Sequence record: OP172796.1
Source: Escherichia phage EF202P1
DNA length: 64,000 bases
Strand: one strand, 5' to 3'
The position numbers and the translations under genes are program-made. The notes under the pieces were generated by a model, which was not told the DNA's origin, ran no database searches, and saw only the letters and a list, made by a program, of their open reading frames with translations. Shown piece after piece: positions 14,563 through 24,196 of the stretch; within the stretch, counting starts at the first letter, position 1; the number at the start of each line of letters is the position of its first letter.

Positions 14563-15120
14563 ATGAGATATTTGAAGTATGCTTCATGGATTTTCTTAGC
14601 TTTGTTAGAGCCATTTGCAGCAATCTTAGCAGTTATCTTAGCACCTTTCGTAGTTCCATTCTACAGTGAGAAGAAAGGACATCTCCCTTTTGGATTCAGA
14701 TGGATGGAGACATATGATAACCCAATTGATGGTGATGAAGGCCACGTTAAAAGATGGGCTAAGATTAGAAAGATTGGTAAGCTTGGTGTCTATATGCAGA
14801 GAGTTGGTTGGCTCTGGAGAAACAAAGCTTATAACTTCTCTTACCATGTGTTAGGAAGAGATGTAAAAGATGTTACTAAGTGGAAAGGCAATATCAATGT
14901 AAGTTCTAACCCTGAAGATAATCAGACAGGTTATCTCCTAATGTGGAACAGTAATGCTTGGGGATTATTCGCTTTTGTACCATCAATTAAAATCTTTGGT
15001 AAACAATTCTACTGGAGAATTTATGTTGGGTGGAAACTTAAAAGTGTTGTCCCAGAAGAAAGAGCATTCTCAAGGGAAAGAGTTATGTTGGCATTCTTTA
15101 TTCATCCACTAAGAAAATAA
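14563..15120 (+). CDS. hypothetical membrane-anchored protein (185 aa) embedded in the tRNA cluster
   Basis: N-terminal hydrophobic stretch WIFLALLEPFAAILAVILAPFVVPF; Trp-rich; AGAGG RBS. Confidence 0.65.
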   Translation: MRYLKYASWIFLALLEPFAAILAVILAPFVVPFYSEKKGHLPFGFRWMETYDNPIDGDEGHVKRWAKIRKIGKLGVYMQRVGWLWRNKAYNFSYHVLGRDVKDVTKWKGNINVSSNPEDNQTGYLLMWNSNAWGLFAFVPSIKIFGKQFYWRIYVGWKLKSVVPEERAFSRERVMLAFFIHPLRK

Positions 15121-15128
15121 AGATTTAA

Positions 15129-15204
15129 AGGGGATTAGTTTACAAGGTTAAAACCTCGGTCTTTGAAATCGAAGAAGTTGGTTCAATTCCAACATCCCCC
15201 GCCA
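15129..15204 (+). tRNA. tRNA-Gln (anticodon TTG)
   Basis: Acceptor AGGGGAT/ATCCCCC, anticodon loop CTTTGAA, T-arm GTTGG-TTCAATT-CCAAC, G73, CCA. Confidence 0.6.
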
Positions 15205-15206
15205 AT

Positions 15207-15285
15207 GCTCCATTACTCCAATTGGCAGAGAGGCCAGACTTAAAATCTGTGTTATGTATCGGTTCGAATCCGATATGGAGTACCA
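15207..15285 (+). tRNA. tRNA with Leu-type anticodon (TAA) but short variable arm
   Basis: Acceptor GCTCCAT/ATGGAGT, anticodon loop CTTAAAA, T-arm ATCGG-TTCGAAT-CCGAT, A73, CCA. Confidence 0.5.
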
Positions 15286-15290
15286 AATTT

Positions 15291-15366
15291 AGCGGTATAG
15301 CATAACTGGCAATGCAGCAGTCTCTGAAGCTGTCTTATTAAGGTTCAAATCCTTATGCCGCTGCCA
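15291..15366 (+). tRNA. tRNA-Gln-like (anticodon CTG; register uncertain)
   Basis: Acceptor AGCGGTA/TGCCGCT, D-arm GCAT-AACTGGCA-ATGC, loop CTCTGAA with wobble-paired stem, T-arm TAAGG-TTCAAAT-CCTTA, G73, CCA. Confidence 0.45.
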
Positions 15367-15397
15367 CTTCTAAGGGTTCTTATGAGAGTCCTTAAAT

Positions 15398-15473
15398 GTG
15401 GCCTTATCATAAAAGGTAATGACCCATGCTGTGAACATGGTCTATACGGGTTCAAATCCCGTAGGTCACCCCA
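15398..15473 (+). tRNA. tRNA-His (anticodon GTG)
   Basis: Acceptor GTGGCCT/AGGTCAC, anticodon arm CCATG-CTGTGAA-CATGG, T-arm ACGGG-TTCAAAT-CCCGT, C73, CCA. Confidence 0.7.
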
Positions 15474-15479
15474 ATTTAT

Positions 15480-15555
15480 AGTCCAAGTAGCTTATATGGT
15501 TAAAGCGCGTGTCTGAAAAACATGAGAAGAGGGTTCAAATCCCACTGGACTACCA
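15480..15555 (+). tRNA. tRNA-Phe (anticodon GAA)
   Basis: Acceptor AGTCCAA/CTGGACT, anticodon loop CTGAAAA, T-loop TTCAAAT, A73, CCA. Confidence 0.6.
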
Positions 15556-15571
15556 ATTTCAAAGGTGCTTA

Positions 15572-16306
15572 ATGAAAGAGATGACAGAACAAGGTAAGGA
15601 GATTTTTAATCTCTTAAAAACCGGTAGAGGGTTTTCTAATCCCCTTATTACTGGTGCAGCAGTTCTAGGTGGAACCGTGGCTGCCTCTACATCACTTGTA
15701 AGCTCTATTAGCTCTGTAACAGACCCTACAATGAAGGATAAGCTCATTGCTGCTGGACTTACAACAGTTCTGCTTAATAGCTTTACAACGAGTCTGACAA
15801 GCACTACATCAACTACTAAGACATTGACAGATTATGGTCAAAAGTCTATTGATGAGTTTTCTTCACGTATGCAGGTAGCAAAAGGCTACTCCAATGTTAT
15901 GGGTGCAGCAGGAGAGCAAGTCGGTTGTACACCATTTAGTGGTATTATGGGTGTTGCTACAGAATATGGTCAAAAAGCTATTGACACAATTAACAGTGCA
16001 CTAGATGGTGTTAATGGTGTATTAAGCGACTTACAAGATGCTATTGACAAAGGTCTTGATACTATTTCTGATTTAGCTAACCAAGCTGTTAGCAAGATTA
16101 ATGAGGGTATCTCAAAGATTACAGCTTATGCAGATGAAGTTGTGCAGATGATTGAAGAAGAAGCTGCCCTTATTGCAGAGTACCTTAAAACGAATATCAA
16201 TGGGTTCTTAGCAGGTATCTTACCAGACTGGTTTGATGATGCTTGTAAAACTGGTGTGATTGACACTATTGCAACACCAGAAATGAAGAACGCATTACAG
16301 AAATAA
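15572..16306 (+). CDS. hypothetical protein (244 aa), Ser/Thr-rich N-terminal region
   Basis: ORF; start moved to ATG 15572 because the longer ORF would overlap tRNA-Phe. Confidence 0.6.
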   Translation: MKEMTEQGKEIFNLLKTGRGFSNPLITGAAVLGGTVAASTSLVSSISSVTDPTMKDKLIAAGLTTVLLNSFTTSLTSTTSTTKTLTDYGQKSIDEFSSRMQVAKGYSNVMGAAGEQVGCTPFSGIMGVATEYGQKAIDTINSALDGVNGVLSDLQDAIDKGLDTISDLANQAVSKINEGISKITAYADEVVQMIEEEAALIAEYLKTNINGFLAGILPDWFDDACKTGVIDTIATPEMKNALQK

Positions 16307-16307
16307 T

Positions 16308-16400
16308 GGAAGATTAACCCTAAAAGGTAAGGGAGCAGTTTGCTAAACTGCCAGTAGCTGAGAAATCGGTGTACCAGTTCAAGTCTGGTATCTTCCTCCA
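16308..16400 (+). tRNA. tRNA-Ser (anticodon GCT), long variable arm
   Basis: Acceptor GGAAGAT/ATCTTCC, anticodon arm GCAGT-TTGCTAA-ACTGC, long variable arm, T-arm ACCAG-TTCAAGT-CTGGT, CCA. Confidence 0.7.
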
Positions 16401-16404
16401 ATTT

Positions 16405-16480
16405 GAATCCGTGACAGAAATGGCTATGTGCCTGTCTGCAAAACAGGTTTATAAGGGTTCGAGTCCCTTCGGATTCTCCA
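16405..16480 (+). tRNA. tRNA-Cys (anticodon GCA)
   Basis: Acceptor GAATCCG/CGGATTC, anticodon arm CCTGT-CTGCAAA-ACAGG, T-loop TTCGAGT, U73, CCA. Confidence 0.7.
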
Positions 16481-16517
16481 AGTTATTTTACTCTCTCTCA
16501 ATTAAAATAATAATAAT

Positions 16518-16577
16518 GCCCTGCTATAAGTATTCTTCCTTTCGCTACTGAAGAGTATTTTTAGACAGGGCTTTTTT
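16518..16577 (+). terminator. terminator hairpin with T-run after the tRNA cluster
   Basis: GCCCTG...CAGGGC stem followed by TTTTTT. Confidence 0.55.
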
Positions 16578-16642
16578 ACAGAGTTATACTTTATAAGAAG
16601 CCTTATACAGTATGTCTCTGACGTACATTGTGGTTTCTCCTT

Positions 16643-16666
16643 GACGGTCTCTGCACCGTCTTTTTT
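16643..16666 (+). terminator. rho-independent terminator
   Basis: GACGGT-CTCTGC-ACCGTC followed by T6. Confidence 0.7.
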
Positions 16667-16702
16667 AAGGAGAAACATAATTAATTATTTGGAGAAAACA
16701 TA

Positions 16703-16903
16703 ATGAGCGAGACCGTTTATAAAGAACTTTATGAAGCTAACAAAAAGCTGGAATTTATGCAGAACACTATCATGGCAATTGCAGACAGATTATCTGTAGC
16801 AACAGGTATTGATATTAAAGAGGCATCTATGGATGCACTTCTTGATGCTGTTGATGCTAAATTCGAAGTTAAGAAAGAAGAGACTGCTACAGACTCTGAA
16901 TAA
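16703..16903 (+). CDS. hypothetical protein (66 aa) upstream of terminase; possible small terminase-associated protein
   Basis: ORF with GGAG RBS; position only. Confidence 0.45.
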   Translation: MSETVYKELYEANKKLEFMQNTIMAIADRLSVATGIDIKEASMDALLDAVDAKFEVKKEETATDSE

Positions 16904-16924
16904 TTCTATTTGCGGAGGTGCTTA

Positions 16925-18526
16925 ATGGATTTAAATGCTGTTAAGCAGAAGCGAGTGGAAGATGTTAGGAAAGTCCTAGCTGGAGAGTTGGGGCTTTCTG
17001 ATGAAGTAAAAGAAATTATCAAATCATTCGGTAAAGACCCCTCTAAATTCCTTCCAACTCAAATTCTGACTTTATTAAGATACACACCAGACCAAGTTAG
17101 ACTTATCTTCAAATTGATGACTGATAAGAACTATGTAGCCCCTCAGCCGGGTTCTCAAGAGGTGTTTTTAAATACTAATGCTGACTTGGTTCTATATGGT
17201 GGTGCTGCTGGTGCTGGTAAAACTGCTGCATTGTTAATGGACTCTTTAAGGTTTATTGAAGACCCTAACTATAATGCTGTATATTTCCGTAGAAATACAA
17301 CACAGTTACAAGGTGGTTTATGGCCTGCTGCAAAGAAACTATTTGGTAAGTTTGGCGGGGTTCCTCATGAGCAGAAGATGACTATCACATTCCCTTCTGG
17401 GGCAACTATCAAGTTCACCTACTTAGAACTTGAAAAGCACGCTGAAGGTCATCAGGGTATTGAATACTCAGCTATCTACTTTGACGAAGGTACACACTTC
17501 TCTGCTTCACAGATTTCATACCTACAGACCCGTCTACGTTCTGGTGCTGAAGGTGATTCATACATGAAAATTTCTATGAACCCAGATAGAGACCACTTCA
17601 TTTATGATTGGGTAGAGCCATTCTTAGATGAAGAAGGTTACCCAGACCCTGAGAAATGTGGTCGTATTCGTTGGTATGTTATGAATGATGGTGTGATGGT
17701 TTCTGATTGGGAGAGAGACAAGATTCTTGAAATGTTCCCTCTTGAGATTCCTCAGACATACACCTTCATCTCTGGTACGATTGATGATAACCCAATTCTT
17801 GACTTCTTGGAACCTAAGTATCGTGGTAAGTTGGAAAACAACACACCTGTAAACGTTGCAAGACTTCGTTTCGGTAACTGGAAGGCTCGTGCAGAAGGTT
17901 CAAACTATTGGCAAAGACAGTGGTGTGAGATTGTTGATTCACTCCCAGAAGATGTGTTTGATGTCAGAGCATGGGACTTAGCAGCAACTTTACCATCTGA
18001 AATTAACCCTAACCCAGACTGGACAGCGGGTGTTAAGATGGGTAAATCTAAAAAAGACGGTTGCTATTATATCATTGATGTAGTAAGATTTAGAGATAGA
18101 CCCTCTGGAGTCGAAACACAAATTAATTTGACTGCTGAAAGTGACGGTAAGCGAACTGGTATTTTTATCCCTCAAGACCCAGGCGCTGCTGGTAAATCCT
18201 ATGCAACATCCCTCATCAGGAAACTTGCCGAGAAAGGTTATCGAGCAAGAGCTAAACCAACAAATAAAGATAAAGTTACCCGCTTTGCGGGATTTTCTGC
18301 TGCTTCTGAAGCTGGACTTGTAAAAGTTTTGAGAGGCAGTTGGAACGAAGCTTACTTTCAAGAACTTGAAGGTTTTTGTGGTGATGGTAAAACTAAAGAT
18401 GACCAAGTGGATGCTACCAGTGATGCTTTCAACAGTCTTAACGAAGTTAAATTATTCAAGCCACCATCAATGGGTGCTCACACAGACTTAGTGAGAGGAA
18501 ACCCATATGAGGGGCTTAGACGTTGA
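16925..18526 (+). CDS. terminase large subunit
   Basis: Walker A (LYGGAAGAGKT) in the N-terminal ATPase region, acidic residues in the C-terminal nuclease-like region, located directly before the portal gene; ATG 16925 with GGAGG RBS preferred over TTG 16910. Confidence 0.8.
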   Translation: MDLNAVKQKRVEDVRKVLAGELGLSDEVKEIIKSFGKDPSKFLPTQILTLLRYTPDQVRLIFKLMTDKNYVAPQPGSQEVFLNTNADLVLYGGAAGAGKTAALLMDSLRFIEDPNYNAVYFRRNTTQLQGGLWPAAKKLFGKFGGVPHEQKMTITFPSGATIKFTYLELEKHAEGHQGIEYSAIYFDEGTHFSASQISYLQTRLRSGAEGDSYMKISMNPDRDHFIYDWVEPFLDEEGYPDPEKCGRIRWYVMNDGVMVSDWERDKILEMFPLEIPQTYTFISGTIDDNPILDFLEPKYRGKLENNTPVNVARLRFGNWKARAEGSNYWQRQWCEIVDSLPEDVFDVRAWDLAATLPSEINPNPDWTAGVKMGKSKKDGCYYIIDVVRFRDRPSGVETQINLTAESDGKRTGIFIPQDPGAAGKSYATSLIRKLAEKGYRARAKPTNKDKVTRFAGFSAASEAGLVKVLRGSWNEAYFQELEGFCGDGKTKDDQVDATSDAFNSLNEVKLFKPPSMGAHTDLVRGNPYEGLRR

Positions 18527-18533
18527 TAGCTAG

Positions 18534-20009
18534 GTGAGAAGAATGGCAGAAATTACAGAAACACAAGAAAGCTTACCACCATTTAGAATGGGTGAAGTAG
18601 GTTCTTTGGGTCTGAAGGTTAAGAATGGTAGAATCTATGAAGAACCTCGTCAGGCACTAAGGTTCCCTGAAAGTATTAAAACTTTCCAATTAATGATGCG
18701 TGACCCTGCTGTAGCAGCATCTGTAAATATTATTAAGATGTTTGTCAGAAAAGTCAACTGGAGATTCGTACCTCCAAAGGGAAAAGAGCAAGACCCTAAA
18801 ATGCTTGAAAGAGCAGACTTCTTTAATTCTTTAATGGATGACATGGAGCATGATTGGGCAGATTTTATTAACTCTGTAATGTCATTCTGCACTTATGGAT
18901 TCTGTGTTAACGAAAAGGTTTATAAGAAACGTCAGGGTAAAAAAGGAAAGTACCAGTCAAAATTTGATGATGGTCTAATTGGGTGGGCTAAATTACCAAT
19001 CAGAAACCAGTCAACACTTGATAAGTGGTATTTTGACGAAGACTTTAGAAAAGTTACTGGTGTAAGACAAAATCTAAGAAATGTTTCACATATTGCTGGA
19101 GCAATTAATCTTGGAGAAAGACCACTAACAAGAAAACTCCCACGAGCTAAATTCATGCTGTTTAAGTATGATGATGAGTATGGTAACCCAGAAGGTCGTT
19201 CACCATTGCTTAACGCTTATGTACCGTGGAAGTATAAAGTACAGATTGAAGAGTATGAAGCTGTTGGTGTTTCAAGAGACTTAGTAGGTATGCCAAAGAT
19301 TGGTTTACCACCAGACTATCTAGATGAAAATGCAGAACCTGAAAAGAAAGCTTTCGTACAATACTGCAAAACTGTTGTTAATGATATGATTGCTAATGAC
19401 AGAGCAGGTTTAATCTGGCCTAGATATATCGACCCAGATACTAAAGAGGATATTTTTGAGTTCTCATTAGTTTCTAGACAGGGTGCTAAAGCATATGACA
19501 CAGGCTCTATCATTGACAGATATTCCAAGCAGATTATGATGGCATTTATGTCAGATGTTCTTGCTATGGGTCAATCAAAATATGGTTCATTCTCTCTTGC
19601 AGATTCTAAGACAAGCTTATTAGCAATGTCAGTAGACATTCTGCTGAAGCAAATTAAGAACGTAATTAACCGTGACTTAGTTGCACAGACTTATGCTCTT
19701 AATATGTGGGATGATGAAGAACATGTGCAAATCACATATGATGATATTGAAACTCCAGACCTTGAAGCAATTGGTTCTTATATTCAGAAGACTGTTGCAG
19801 TAGGTGCTTTGGAAGTTGACAAAGAGCTATCTAACAAACTTAGAGAGCATATTGGTCTTCCTCCTGCTGATGAGTCTCAGCCAGTATCTGAAAAGCTTTC
19901 TCCGAATAGCCAAAGCCGTTCAGGAGATGGTTATAAGACCGCTGGAGAAGGTACTGCAAAGACACCTTCAGCGAAAGACCCAAGCACAGCAAATAAGGCA
20001 AATAAATAA
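18534..20009 (+). CDS. portal protein (putative)
   Basis: 491-aa ORF immediately after terminase; size and position typical of portal. Confidence 0.65.
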   Translation: MRRMAEITETQESLPPFRMGEVGSLGLKVKNGRIYEEPRQALRFPESIKTFQLMMRDPAVAASVNIIKMFVRKVNWRFVPPKGKEQDPKMLERADFFNSLMDDMEHDWADFINSVMSFCTYGFCVNEKVYKKRQGKKGKYQSKFDDGLIGWAKLPIRNQSTLDKWYFDEDFRKVTGVRQNLRNVSHIAGAINLGERPLTRKLPRAKFMLFKYDDEYGNPEGRSPLLNAYVPWKYKVQIEEYEAVGVSRDLVGMPKIGLPPDYLDENAEPEKKAFVQYCKTVVNDMIANDRAGLIWPRYIDPDTKEDIFEFSLVSRQGAKAYDTGSIIDRYSKQIMMAFMSDVLAMGQSKYGSFSLADSKTSLLAMSVDILLKQIKNVINRDLVAQTYALNMWDDEEHVQITYDDIETPDLEAIGSYIQKTVAVGALEVDKELSNKLREHIGLPPADESQPVSEKLSPNSQSRSGDGYKTAGEGTAKTPSAKDPSTANKANK

Positions 20010-20509
20010 TGGCTGAAGTTATCTCTATTTCAAATGCTACACGAGTGCATTCGTATAGAGGTGTCCTTATCATTACTGATAAGCTATCTGTAGAGGCTGG
20101 CTCAAGGGTCAGCCTTTCAGGTTATGTTAGTGATGGTGGAGTCTCTGACGTTTTCACTATTTGTAGGTTACTTGATGCACCAATGGGTGGAAAACCGTTT
20201 ATTTCAGGAAATTGTAGTGAAATTGTTAAAATTCCATTTGACAGTTCATGCCTTTTGGGTGTAAAGTTATATAACTGCGAGAATAAACGTATCAATGTTA
20301 ATAGCATTGAAGCCGCTTTCATTACCCTCGACACTGCATTTCAATCTCCAATGACAGTTAATAAAGAAACAAACAGACTTGAATACATTTTTTCACAAAA
20401 TGATTACAAAGTACTTGTCAAAGGTAAAGTATATGATATGATTGTAAATGTGGTAGATGAATCTGGTAACCATTCAACAGTCCTTAAACAAAAAGTAAGG
20501 TTTAATTAA
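20009..20509 (+). CDS. hypothetical head-module protein (166 aa)
   Basis: ORF, start/stop coupled. Confidence 0.55.
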   Translation: MAEVISISNATRVHSYRGVLIITDKLSVEAGSRVSLSGYVSDGGVSDVFTICRLLDAPMGGKPFISGNCSEIVKIPFDSSCLLGVKLYNCENKRINVNSIEAAFITLDTAFQSPMTVNKETNRLEYIFSQNDYKVLVKGKVYDMIVNVVDESGNHSTVLKQKVRFN

Positions 20510-20841
20510 TGGGAACATTAACTATTGATGGTAAGAATAAAATCCTCGCCACGCTAACCCCAACGACTATTATTTTACACAATGTAGACCCAACGGCAGA
20601 CCCTACAGCAAATAAGGTTACTCAGCCAGTGGCTATTTATTTTTCTGAACCGGATAATGGCTTAATTGCCTCAGAAGACACAGTTAATATTACTGTTCCA
20701 GCTTCTGCAACGGTCTCACACTATAGCTTGTGGGATGCTAACGATAAATGCGTGGCAACTGGTGCTCTTAGCAAACCTCAATTCTTTGCTGAAGAAGGTA
20801 TCTATGTTATCTCTTCAGTCTCTGTAGATTTAAACAAATAG
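20509..20841 (+). CDS. hypothetical head-module protein (110 aa)
   Basis: ORF, start/stop coupled. Confidence 0.55.
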   Translation: MGTLTIDGKNKILATLTPTTIILHNVDPTADPTANKVTQPVAIYFSEPDNGLIASEDTVNITVPASATVSHYSLWDANDKCVATGALSKPQFFAEEGIYVISSVSVDLNK

Positions 20842-20852
20842 GGTGAGTAAAA

Positions 20853-22199
20853 ATGAGTTCGAATATCTTCAGACTTGCTGATAGATTATTCAACCAACCT
20901 TTACTAGCCACTGAATCATTAGCTCACTCAGCAGCAACTTATGTGAATAACAGATTGCTGGGTGATGTCCAAGCAGCAGTAAACTTTGATAAACCCAAAG
21001 GTGAAGCAAGAAGTCTTTTAAAAGTAAAAGATGACATTGCTATTATCCCTATTATGGGTGGTTTAACTCATCGTATGACATTCATTGATGCAATGTGTAC
21101 AGGTGGTCTAAGCTCTTATGAAGGTTTACGTAGAGGCTTTGACGAAGCTTTAGCAGATGAGTCAATTAAGACTATTGTTCTGCATATTGATTCTGGTGGT
21201 GGTGAAGCTTCAGGTTGCTTTGAATTAGCACGTCACATTATGGCTTCAAGAGGCCAAAAGAAAATTATTGCTTATGTAGATGAGTTCGCTTGTTCCGCTG
21301 CATATGCTCTTGCATCTTCTGCTGAAGAAATTATTGCATCACCAGATGCAGATGTTGGTTCTATTGGTGTAATCATGGTTCATCAGGAATTAACTAAGGC
21401 ATTTGAAAAGAATGGCGTAACAATTAACGTCATCAAAGCTGGTGAGTTTAAAGGTATGGGTTCACCATTCCAAGCACTTTCAGAAGAAAGCAAAGAAAGA
21501 CTTCAAAAGAGAATTAATGATACCTACGCAACCTTTACAGGTTTTGTAGCCGAATCTCGTAATCTCTCTGAAGAAGCTGTAAAGAATACTGAGGCGAATG
21601 TTTATTCTGCTCAGGAAGCTCTTGAACTTGGTTTAATTAACTCAATCATGTCTCAAGATGATTTCTTAAATTACTTACAAGGTTCTGAAGAGGCTCCTGT
21701 AAGTTTAAACGTTAACAATTCAGGTGAAGAAATGACTGAACAAGAAAAGCAAGAACTAGAAGCTTTGCGTCTTCAGGTTGCTCAAATGAAAGCTAAAGAA
21801 CAGGAAGCTGCTTTGTCAGATTTGACTAATAAGATTTCTGCTTCTGCTGAAGCTTTTGGATTTGATGCAAAAGAAGCTGCAACGACTATTTTAGGTGCTG
21901 GTCTTGATAACCCTCTGAGTGTTCTGTTTATGAATGCTATGGAAGGTGCTAACCAGAAACTTAATGAAACTATCGCATCCCACGCTTCTGCAATGGAAGA
22001 AAAAGAATCAGAAATTACCAAGCTGAAAGAAACTGCTGGTGCTGTTCTTGAACATTCCAACGCTATGGAAGAAATGGGTAATGACGGCGAAGCTGATTTG
22101 GTTGAAGAAGAAAACGAACCAGCTAAGAATGCTTCCGAAGACACCGCTGAACAACGCAAACTGGCTCTCCAGAATGCTCTAAAATCTCTTATTAAATAA
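20853..22199 (+). CDS. prohead protease (S49/SppA-like) fused to scaffold-like C-terminal domain
   Basis: ClpP/S49-fold motifs (LHIDSGGGEASG...AYVDEFACSAAYALAS) followed by Ala/Glu/Lys-rich helical C-terminus. Confidence 0.75.
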   Translation: MSSNIFRLADRLFNQPLLATESLAHSAATYVNNRLLGDVQAAVNFDKPKGEARSLLKVKDDIAIIPIMGGLTHRMTFIDAMCTGGLSSYEGLRRGFDEALADESIKTIVLHIDSGGGEASGCFELARHIMASRGQKKIIAYVDEFACSAAYALASSAEEIIASPDADVGSIGVIMVHQELTKAFEKNGVTINVIKAGEFKGMGSPFQALSEESKERLQKRINDTYATFTGFVAESRNLSEEAVKNTEANVYSAQEALELGLINSIMSQDDFLNYLQGSEEAPVSLNVNNSGEEMTEQEKQELEALRLQVAQMKAKEQEAALSDLTNKISASAEAFGFDAKEAATTILGAGLDNPLSVLFMNAMEGANQKLNETIASHASAMEEKESEITKLKETAGAVLEHSNAMEEMGNDGEADLVEEENEPAKNASEDTAEQRKLALQNALKSLIK

Positions 22200-22210
22200 G
22201 GAACACAATA

Positions 22211-22588
22211 ATGGCATATGAAGGTTTTACTAAGCTAGGTAAAAGAGAACCTCTGAATGATATCATTCTTTGGGAACAGATTACCCCAACAGGCCACTCT
22301 CGTAAAGAGTACACTCCAGTTGCTTCAACAGAATACCGTGTAGGTGAAGTTCTGAAAGCAGATGGTACTAAAGTTGCAGCAGGGGAAGAAACTCAGGCTG
22401 ATTCTGTATGTATCGTTAACTTTTATGCAGACCTGCAACTGTCTTACCACGGTCAGTTGAAAGTTGTTGGTATTTACCGCGACGCAGAACTGAAAGACAT
22501 GCTTACTCTTGAGTCCGGTGTTAATGCTGAGAACGTCAAGAAAGCTCTGGCTGCTAAAGGTATTGATTTCGTACCAACTGGCCTGTAA
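22211..22588 (+). CDS. head decoration-like protein (putative)
   Basis: 125-aa ORF between protease and major capsid gene (lambda D-like position). Confidence 0.4.
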   Translation: MAYEGFTKLGKREPLNDIILWEQITPTGHSRKEYTPVASTEYRVGEVLKADGTKVAAGEETQADSVCIVNFYADLQLSYHGQLKVVGIYRDAELKDMLTLESGVNAENVKKALAAKGIDFVPTGL

Positions 22589-22621
22589 TAACAATAATAA
22601 GACATTCTGGAGAATTTTACA

Positions 22622-23725
22622 ATGTTGACTAATTCTGAAAAAAGCAGATTTTTCCTTGCTGACCTGACTGGTGAAGTCCAGTCTATCCCAAATACTTATG
22701 GGTATATTTCCAACTTAGGTCTGTTCCGTTCAGCACCAATCACCCAAACCACTTTCCTTATGGACTTGACTGATTGGGATGTTAGCTTGCTTGATGCGGT
22801 AGACCGTGATAGCCGTAAAGCAGAGACTAGCGCACCTGAGCGTGTTCGTCAAATCAGCTTCCCAATGATGTACTTCAAAGAAGTTGAAAGCATCACTCCT
22901 GATGAAATTCAGGGTGTACGTCAGCCAGGCACTGCAAACGAGCTTACTACTGAAGCTGTAGTACGTGCTAAGAAGCTGATGAAGATTCGTACCAAGTTCG
23001 ATATTACTCGTGAGTTCCTGTTTATGCAAGCTCTGAAGGGTAAAGTTGTCGATGCTCGTGGTACTCTGTACGCTGACCTGTACAAGCAGTTCGATGTTGA
23101 GAAGAAGACTGTTTACTTCGACCTTGACAACCCTAATGCTGATATCGACGCTTCTATTGAAGAACTGCGTATGCACATGGAAGATGAAGCTAAGACTGGC
23201 ACTGTAATCAACGGTGAAGAAATTCACGTAGTTGTTGACCGTGTGTTCTTCAGCAAGCTGACTAAACATCCTAAGATTCGTGATGCTTATCTTGCACAGC
23301 AGACTCCGCTGGCTTGGCAACAGATTACTGGTTCTCTGAGAACTGGTGGTACTGACGGCGTTCAGGCTCATATGAACACCTTCTACTACGGTGGTGTTAA
23401 GTTTGTCCAGTACAACGGTAAGTTCAAAGACAAGCGCGGTAAGGTTCACACTCTGGTGAGCATTGATGGTGCAGCAGCAACTGTTGGTGTTGGTCATGCC
23501 TTCCCTAACGTTTCTATGCTGGGTGAAGCAAACAACATCTTCGAAGTGGCTTATGGTCCATGTCCTAAGATGGGTTACGCAAATACACTTGGTCAGGAAC
23601 TGTACGTATTCGAATACGAAAAAGACCGTGACGAAGGTATTGACTTCGAAGCTCACTCTTACATGCTGCCATACTGTACTCGTCCTCAGTTGCTGGTAGA
23701 TGTTCGTGCTGACGCCAAAGACTAA
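22622..23725 (+). CDS. major capsid protein (putative)
   Basis: 367-aa ORF after protease/decoration genes; synonymous-codon bias typical of a highly expressed gene. Confidence 0.7.
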   Translation: MLTNSEKSRFFLADLTGEVQSIPNTYGYISNLGLFRSAPITQTTFLMDLTDWDVSLLDAVDRDSRKAETSAPERVRQISFPMMYFKEVESITPDEIQGVRQPGTANELTTEAVVRAKKLMKIRTKFDITREFLFMQALKGKVVDARGTLYADLYKQFDVEKKTVYFDLDNPNADIDASIEELRMHMEDEAKTGTVINGEEIHVVVDRVFFSKLTKHPKIRDAYLAQQTPLAWQQITGSLRTGGTDGVQAHMNTFYYGGVKFVQYNGKFKDKRGKVHTLVSIDGAAATVGVGHAFPNVSMLGEANNIFEVAYGPCPKMGYANTLGQELYVFEYEKDRDEGIDFEAHSYMLPYCTRPQLLVDVRADAKD

Positions 23726-23746
23726 TATTCTTAAGGAGGGTTATGA

Positions 23747-24196
23747 ATGTGTTATACAGGCGACCCAGCCAATAACCCTCTTGATAGAGTAAGAATCCTC
23801 TGCACAGACACCAATAATGATGAAATTCTTATTGAGCAGTCTGTGCTAGAGTGGTTCTATCTAGAATCTGGAAAGGATGAAAAGAAAGCAGCCATCAAAG
23901 CTCTTAAATATTTACTCTTTCAAGTAGCCAAGATGGGAGATGAGAAGGTTGGTGGTGTTTATTTACGTAACTCTTCCAGATTCAAATCTCTGAAAGCTGT
24001 TTATGATGACCTTGTTAAAAGCTCTGTTTCAGGACTACCCTATGCAGGTGGTATTAATCAGTGCGATATTGATATGCGTCGTCAGAATCCTTGCTCTGTC
24101 AAGAAATACACAGAATATGGTGATGCTGCCAGATACGAAGGCAGAGATTACTGCAACCGTGTTAATGGCGTATTTATTATCGAGCGAGATGAATAA
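23747..24196 (+). CDS. hypothetical head-tail connector region protein (149 aa)
   Basis: ORF. Confidence 0.5.
   Translation: MCYTGDPANNPLDRVRILCTDTNNDEILIEQSVLEWFYLESGKDEKKAAIKALKYLLFQVAKMGDEKVGGVYLRNSSRFKSLKAVYDDLVKSSVSGLPYAGGINQCDIDMRRQNPCSVKKYTEYGDAARYEGRDYCNRVNGVFIIERDE

Noticed and set aside
15509-15571. Longer 5' extension of the 15572-16306 gene (track start 15509)
   Set aside because: The extension would overlap the 3' half of tRNA-Phe; the downstream ATG at 15572 was taken as the start.
16126-16401. Minus-strand ORF 16126-16401
   Set aside because: Antisense to the 3' end of the 15572-16306 gene and to tRNA-Ser(GCT); judged spurious.
22730-23656. 308-aa minus-strand ORF antisense to the major capsid gene, and similar antisense ORFs inside terminase, portal, tape measure, fiber and polymerase genes
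   Set aside because: Long antisense frames inside highly expressed genes; sense-strand genes have coherent operon context and recognisable motifs, antisense ORFs have none.
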